64,000 nt of DNA from Paramecium tetraurelia (taxonomy: Eukaryota). A model generated the notes under the pieces. The model saw nothing but the letters and a program-made list of their open reading frames with translations. It was not told the DNA's origin and did no database searches. The stretch covers positions 124,001 through 188,000 of the forward strand of contig CT868429.1 in NCBI GenBank assembly GCA_000165425.1, given 5' to 3'. A program made the translations under genes and the position numbers. Below, in pieces: positions 56,367-64,000 of this stretch. Every line of letters starts with the position of its first letter. Positions within the stretch are counted from its first letter, which is position 1.

Positions 56367-59300
56367 ATGAAGAAAACCTTAATAACATTCTTGTTGTTGA
56401 TGGTTGTGGTTATCTCTACGAAAATAGAAACATCAGAGCTTAGAACTCAAGGTATATTTATATAAAATGTCAGGGATGACCTACACTGAAGCATAAAATC
56501 TAGATGTTTCTCATTTAAATTGCCACACTGATTTTGAATATACAATAGCAGAGTTTGCAAGATGGGTTGATATTATAGATAATAGAGAGCAATTAATCAA
56601 GGATCTCGCAATAATTAATTAAGTTATAAGCATAGTAGAAAAAGCTAAAGGTACAATATCTGTGATTCACTCAACAATGCTGGTGTCAATCTAGAGTAAG
56701 GTGAGCCAATCACTGAAAAGCATATTTACATAAAACAAATGGGCTGCTTGCAAGGTGGAAGATGCTCTTGAATACGTTGCTTAATTAAATGGAACTTAAA
56801 GTATTCATAATTGATCATAATTTAGCTAATGAGGAGAAGATTGCTTTAGCAAATAAAATCATAGCCCATTTGAGGTAGACTCAAGAACAAATCCACTAAT
56901 ACTTAAATTAATGCTAATATGCAAAACGTACTTAAGGATTGAGATAAAAGATAAGTTAGCTTCAAACTTTAAAGAGAGTATGTGACCAAGAAATCAAAAA
57001 ACCAACAATAATTATAGATAATGACCCTGATGATGAAGTGTTAAATTTTGATGAGGAGCCAGAAGAAATAGTGTATTATTATTTTGAAGAAGAAGATGTT
57101 GAAACTCCTCCTGATTACATTTATCATGAACCCCAACATTATACTTATCCGACACATTAAGATGAGACCAAAAAACCATAAAGAAAATAGGTTAAGAAGT
57201 TAGTGCCTAAAGAAATAGTTGATGAAATCAAAGGAAATAAAAGATATGTAGCATTGGGTCATGAAATTGAAGGAGATGTTAAGGAGAATGCTGATGAATA
57301 ATAAAATCAATAATAAGAGGTAGAATCTGTAGTGTCCGCAGCTAAAGTAAGTAAAATGGAAGGTTTAAATAATGATGAAGATGAGAGTGAAAAAAAAGAT
57401 GATGATTAGGAGAAAGGTTAAGGAGAAGAAGAATCTAAAGAATAAACTAATGGATAGGAAACTACTGGATCTGAATAATAATAATCGGAATAGTAATAAT
57501 AAGAATAATAATCTGAATAATAGGAATAATCTGAATAATAATAAGAATAATCTGAATTATAATAGGAATAATAATCACAAGAATAAGAATAACAAGAGTA
57601 AACAGAATAATAATAAGGACAACAAGAATAAACAGAAGAATAATAAGAATAACAATAAGAAAAAACAGAATAGCTATAAGAATAAGAATAAACTGAATAA
57701 CAACAAGAGTAAACTGAATAACACTAAGAATCACATTCAGAATAACACTAAGAATAACACTAAGAATAACATTAAGAATCACATTCAGAATAACACTAGG
57801 AATAACATTAAGAATAACATTAAGAATAACACTAAGAATAACACTAAGAATAACATTAAGAATAACATTAAGAATAACATTCAGAAAAACACTAGGAATA
57901 ACATTCAGAATAACACTAAGAATAACATTAAGAATAACACTAAGTATAACACTAAGAATAACATTAAGAATAACATTAAGAATAACACTAAGAATAACAC
58001 TAAGAATAACATTAAGAATAACATTAAGAATAACATTCAGAAAAACACTAGGAATAACATTCAGAATAACACTAAGAATTAACATTAAGAATAACATTTA
58101 AGAATAACATTAAGAATAATATTAAGATTAACATTCAGAATAACATTAAGAATAACATTCAGAAAAACACTAGGAATAACATTCAGAATAACACTAAGAA
58201 TAACATTAAGAATAACACTAAGTATAACACTAAGAATAACATTAAGAATAACATTAAGAATAACACTAAGAATAACACTAAGAATAACATTAAGAATAAC
58301 ATTAAGAATAACACTAAGAATAACACTAAGAATAACACTAAGAATAACATTAAGAATAACATTAAGAATAACACTAAGAATAACACTAAGAATAACATTA
58401 AGAATAACATTAAGAATAACACTAAGAATAACACTAAGAATAACATTAAGAATAACATTCAGAATAACATTCAGAAAAACACTAGGAATAACATTCAGAA
58501 TAACATTAAGAATAACATTAAGAATCACATTAAGAATAACATTCAGAATAACATTAAGAAGAATAAGAATAATAGTAAGAATAAGAATAAATCATCGTTG
58601 AAACTCATGATTAACCTTTAACATAGGTTGATCCAGAAACAAAAGAAAATGTGATTGTTGAGGAATCTAAAAATGGAACTACTGATGATGATGGCGACAC
58701 TACTGAAGTTAAAATAGCAACAGTAAATAAGAATGAACAAGCTGATGAAGAAAGCGATGAAACAAAAGATACAGATCATAAAGAACATTAGGAAAATGAG
58801 ACTTAGGAATCCACTGAAGAATCTAAACAAGAATTAACATAGGAATAAAAAACGGAAGAATCTTCAGAAACAACAACAAATGAAAACTCAGAGACAGTTA
58901 CATAAGAAACATAATCAGAAACAAAGGTAGATGATACTACAGAAGAAACATAAGCTTAAAAGTCAACATCAGACAGTGATCATGAAGCAACAGAAACATA
59001 AGAAGACATAGTTGTTGATAATTAATCTCAAGGTTAAGATGAAGAAAAAGATGTTTAAAATGGATCATCGGAAGTTGAACATACAAATGGTGAATAAAAA
59101 TAAGATAGTGAATAAAAAGAAGAAGGTGAGGATGCAGTGGAAAAAGAAGAAAGCCAGCATAAATAAGAAAGCGAAGAACATGAAGAATAAAAATCAGATT
59201 AAGATCACAAAGATACACATAAGGATTAGGACGATTAAAAGAAAATAAAAAAATAAAAGTCTAGTGATGACCGTTCTTTGAAAATCTAATCATTAAGGGA

Positions 59301-62300
59301 AGAACCTAATCCAAATGAACCAACATAATTTTAACCCCCAAAACATAGAGCCAATTCAGGTCGTGTTTAAGAAAGAAAGGTTGTAGCTGTAAATACAAAA
59401 TATTAAAATTCTGAATTTGATGGTGAACCTACTGAATAATTTGAGTTTAATGATAGATCATTGCTTCAAGATTCTTCTGAATATGGGTATGGATATTGGG
59501 TCAGATATGCAGAACATGGAGTTAAGGAACATAGTAGAGAGGATGGTGAATACTATTTCTTATCAAGAATGACCATAAACGAGGAATACTAAGATTTTTC
59601 ATTTTATGGAGACAGAGCTTTGGCAGTATTTATGTTCGATAATTCCTTTGTGTTCAGTACATACGATACAAGTGAAAAATTGAAGACTAAAGATAAGGCA
59701 GTGGTTTTAAATGAGAACATGGACAGTATGTGGTATTTCGTTATGTTCTCATACAGTAATCCCTTAAGAAGAGCTGTGGGTTATATTGTTAGTTATGGAG
59801 AAGGTAATGGAATTTATAGAGTAGAATTAGAGGCTACTCACATTCCACCTTCATATATCAAACTTATATTTGGTGGTAAACATTTGGATTATCATGGATT
59901 AAATGGACAATTTGCAAATATCTTCTTCGACATTGATGCTCCAGCATTTGTAGATGGAGATGAAGCATTGGATGAAATTCTGAAAACTCTGAGTAATCCC
60001 CCTTAAAGCGTTCCTGCTATGATAGATGAAACTATTGTTTAGAAACCTAAACATTTGAATGGAAATGATAAAGGTGAATAGTACCACTTTGATCCATAAG
60101 AATCTTAATTGATTGTAGAAGAATATGCTGTTGGTTTATGGTTTAGATGGATCGACGACTTAAAAGTGGATGAACCAAATACATTTTAGATAATTAATTT
60201 GAGATCAAACAAAGTCAAAACTGCAGGAAAAGGAGTCTTAGGAGATAGAGCATTAGAAATACATCATACCTATGGTGGTGGTGCTAAGAGTACAGTGTAC
60301 TTTAATACTTACACAATCAAGGGCAATAGAGCAAAGGGATAACCCTACTTATCAAAGACAGTAGAGAGTGCTGAGTTCATTTGGACTTATGTTTACTTTG
60401 GATATGATAATGATGGAGGTCGTGCCTATGGTGCAGTGATTAAACCAGGATTAGTAGGAGAAATTTAATTTGAAGGTATCTAACACAAGTTGGTTAACAG
60501 TTTGAGTGTTACTTTAGGCGGTGATGATGTCATATCCCCATTCAACGGTATGATTGGATATGTTGGTATTTACCTTGGAACAGGAGCATACAGAGAAGGT
60601 TTAGAATTTGAGATGACATTCAATTATGGGGAAGGAGTTATGGGAGTGTATTAAGTCGGTAAACCAATCACTTACATAGCTGGCGATGCTAATTAAGCTA
60701 GAGATGTAGCATATGATGCTCCAGAAAATGTTGTGGATAAAATTATAATTCATAATGAAGAAGGAATGAGAATTAATGGATAAAGTGAATATGGTTTTGG
60801 ATTATGGACTAGATGGTTGAGTACATTGCCTAAATATTTGAATAAGAGAGCGCCAATTCATACTATTGCTAGAATGGGTACTTAAGGTTATGTTATTGAA
60901 TCTATTGATGGTAAATTAGTTAGATCTAATGCTAACAGACCAAGTACTCCTAAGGATACTACCTTATCAATATCTTTAACTCCAGATTCTTATGAATTCT
61001 AAACTTTGGAATTGAAAGATGATATTGAGTTTTCTTAATTAGAAGGACATTGGAATTATGTCTACTTTGGATATATCAGACATGAAAATTAGGGATTGGC
61101 CAAAGGATACGTTCAATTTGGTATTGATGGTGAAGTTGATGAAGTTATTTTCGACACTCTCCATGATTATTTATTTGAGTATGTTGAATTCATTGTTGGC
61201 AAAACATCAGCTCCATTATTCAATGGTGAAATGGCAAGAATATCATTTTCATTTGGACCTGGATCATTCGTACCCACAATAGAAACCTTAAAACTCTTTA
61301 CATAGAATACTCTACCAGAAAAGGCTTAGATTCATCCAGTAGCAAGATAAACCTTACAATTAGTAGGAGCTCCTCAATAGCTTAAAGAGGAACCAATTTA
61401 ATATGAATTCGACAAGTATTAAGGAGCAGAAGAGTATGCTATTTCTGGATGGGTTAAATGGAATGGCCCATTGGTTACTGGCAAAGTGTCTCATCTCATA
61501 ACAATGGCTTAAAAGAGATTGGAGGATTTAGATGATAAAAATGAAGAGACCTTACAAATAATCAGAGGAGATCAAGCCTTCACCTTCGTCACTTATAATC
61601 AAAATGAAGGCGAATACAAATTAGCTACTTAAGATGAAGCATATGGAGAATATGCTGATTAATGGACCTACATTTATTATGGATTTTCTTCATAAAAACA
61701 ATAAACTTATGGTTATTTGAAATACACATTTACAGAGAGTGAATTTAGATAAGAAAAAGTGAATCATTTTTATTTGGCTGTGTTCTCTGTATTGATCTAA
61801 GAGAAATAACCATACACTCAATTTATTGGTCAAATTAAAACATGGGTTATTAACATCGGAGATGGATCATTCAGAGAGGGAGGATTGGATGAAAATGAAA
61901 ATATTAAAGTTCATTTCGGATTCATCAGCGGAACTGATCATATCAAATTACAATAGGCTGGATAAGAAGCACATCATGAAGAGACCATTTTAGAATGTTC
62001 ATCATAAAGTGATGAAGTACCTTTACATATAGAATTTGAATAAAGTGATAAGTTACACTTGCATGGAGTCAGTGAATATGGTTATGGCTATTGGGTTAAA
62101 TTCCAATATTTTGCAAGCAAGAATACAATATATAGCAGACCACAATTAATGGGATTGAGTAGACTCACCAGTAATAAAGATTACAAAGATTTTGATCATC
62201 CAGGAGACAGAGTTCTCTTAGTTTTATTAGGAAAACAATCCTATCATTTTGGAACATATGATGTCATTACCAAATCAAATAATGTAGCTGGAGATATACC

Positions 62301-64000
62301 TTATCACGTTGACTCTGAAAGTGAATGGACATACATTTATTTCAGTTTTAAGAGAATTTCTCAAACCTAAGGACATGCCATGGCATTCACTCATTATCAA
62401 GATACTACATCAGGAATTCAAATGGATGTTATGCACTCATTATTAAATGACTATTTATAATTGACAGTTGGTAACGCAGGTAAATATTATACAAATTTCA
62501 ATGGACAAATAACCACAATCAGATTCAATCTTGGTCCAGGTGCCTATATCGATAACAAATAAGGTTTACTCTAAAGAATCAAGAATAAGGATGTTATGCC
62601 TGATATATTGGGTCCCACCAAAAAGTATGAGGTTTTGATTGGAAAACACGATGTTACTAAGATAGAGGAGGAACAACATATTACACATATAAATGAAGAG
62701 GCCAGAGAATATGGAATCTAATTATGGTTCAGGTGGTTCAAATCACCAGTTAAGACTCAATAGTTGATTTATAGATTCACTTCTTCAAATCCTGATTCGT
62801 TGGGTGATGCATAAAAAATAGGAGATAGAACCTTGGCTCTATTCCATACAGATGGTATAGAATTCAGTACTTATAACTTAAATCCTCTATCTTTGTAGAA
62901 CACATATGAAGCTAAAATCCCATCATAATAATTGGAAGTCTGGACTTTTGTCTATTTTGGTTATTCCAAACAACATTAGAAAGTTAGTTACTATTTATTG
63001 GCTGATGATGATGAACACAAAGGATTAGAATAAGCTTTACATGTTGTTTCTAACAATTACTGGCTATTCTTAGTAAAGGATGCAATGACAAAACCATTCG
63101 ATAGTAGATTGGCTCAAGTTATTTTGAATATTGGAGATGGCAGTTACAGAGAAGATAACTTCAACACTCTTTAAGTCTATTTGGCAGCTCCTAAATTGTT
63201 TAGCACTGATAGTAAATTTGATTGGGAAGCTGATGATACTATAACATTGGTTTCAGGTGATCCAGACAAATAAGGGTTGAAGATTACATTCTCTGAACCT
63301 GATAGAAACATAGAGAGCGTTTAGGAATATTCAGTTGGTCTATGGACTAGATTCTTATAAGCATGGCCAGAGAGATAATGGCATACTCCATCTGAAATGT
63401 AGATCTTAAGATTAACATACAATGATGAAGTGGATCATGGCAAAATTGCTATTGGAGATAGAATATTAAATGCCATGGTTGTTTTAGACAATTACCAATT
63501 TGGTTCTTATGACTTGAATGATGATGCTCCTAATGAAATCAGTACTATTCCTTATACTCATTTGGAAGGAAGATGGCATTACATATATCTTGGATATAAG
63601 AGACAATTATAGCTAGCTAACTACTTTGTATTTGATGGAGAGGAAATTAAACATGCCACAAATGAGAATTTATTACATAAACCACTTGGCGATTTCATTC
63701 ATTTGATTTTGGGAGGAGAAAAGGATGTTGCTCCATTTTAAGGTTTATTTACTGAAGTAGCTGCTCACTTTGGAGTTGGATCATTCATAGCATCAGGTGA
63801 AGATTTGATGAAATCAATTGATACTAGTTTTGCTTTACCTTAAGAATTAACTGTTGATTATATTCATAAACAAAAACATGGTTAACAATAGTTGATTGGT
63901 GAAAGTGATAATAATGAAGGTAGTGAAAGTACTGGTGATACTTGGAGTGGAGTAGGAGAATATGCTATTTCTGGTTGGTTTAAGATTGCAGAAACTTAAG
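56367..64000 (+). CDS. Giant secreted protein: signal peptide, acidic and QEQH-repeat stalk, at least 8 ConA/LamG-like domains (continues past the window)
   Basis: MKKTLITFLLLMVVVIS signal; small 5' introns; one uninterrupted code-6 frame from ~58100 to 64000; repeated EY(G/A)xxxW...GDRxL...W(T/Y)x(V/I)Y(F/L)(G/S)Y modules; apparent +2 frameshift at 58080-58100. Confidence 0.85.
57716..58557 (+). repeat. Coding 12-bp tandem minisatellite (TAAGAATAACAY)n, about 70 units, encoding (QEQH)n
   Basis: Directly visible; variant units TCAGAAAAACACTAGG at 57881, 58037, 58159, 58471 and TAAGTATAAC at 57941, 58219. Confidence 0.97.

Noticed and set aside
57372..58528. ORF-track proteins KNNI-, VILN- and LFLM-repeat (57372+, 57462-, 58085-, 58183-)
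   Set aside because: Off-frame or antisense readings of the QEQH minisatellite; the frame continuous with flanking exons is the TAA-rich one.
57716..58557. CRISPR array or telomeric repeat
   Set aside because: Tandem 12-mers with no unique spacers, not G4T2/G3T3, and inside a CDS.
1..64000. Apparent mass pseudogenisation by TAA/TAG stops
   Set aside because: TAA/TAG occur at Gln positions of conserved proteins (RPL7, RPS16, PRP31): this is the known ciliate code 6.

Overview
This is AT-rich, gene-dense ciliate macronuclear DNA, very likely Paramecium (aurelia-like). TAA/TAG read as Gln, only TGA is a stop, and genes carry 20-30 nt GT..AG introns, so the supplied standard-code ORF track shows only fragments or antisense artefacts. 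Re-read in code 6, the window holds about 33 protein genes. These include HscB, a penicillin-acylase-family Ntn hydrolase, RPL7, a dual-specificity phosphatase, B-box/Kelch, MTG1, epiplasmin, CK1, a TM-dCache-TM sensor, DENN, a CAMK-like kinase, CFAP97-like, cNMP-binding, RAP-domain, degenerate histidine-kinase-like, MORN, C2H2, trichocyst matrix protein, ATPTT13-like, a 2-TM family protein, RPS16, CFAP53, PRP31 and NEK. There is also a disabled GCP4, several decayed gene remnants and a candidate box C/D snoRNA. The most striking locus is a giant secreted protein starting at 56367 and running off the window. It has about 70 QEQH tetrapeptide repeats followed by ConA/LamG-like domains arranged as a 4-domain super-repeat. 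All translations were done by hand, so boundaries may be off by a few bases.
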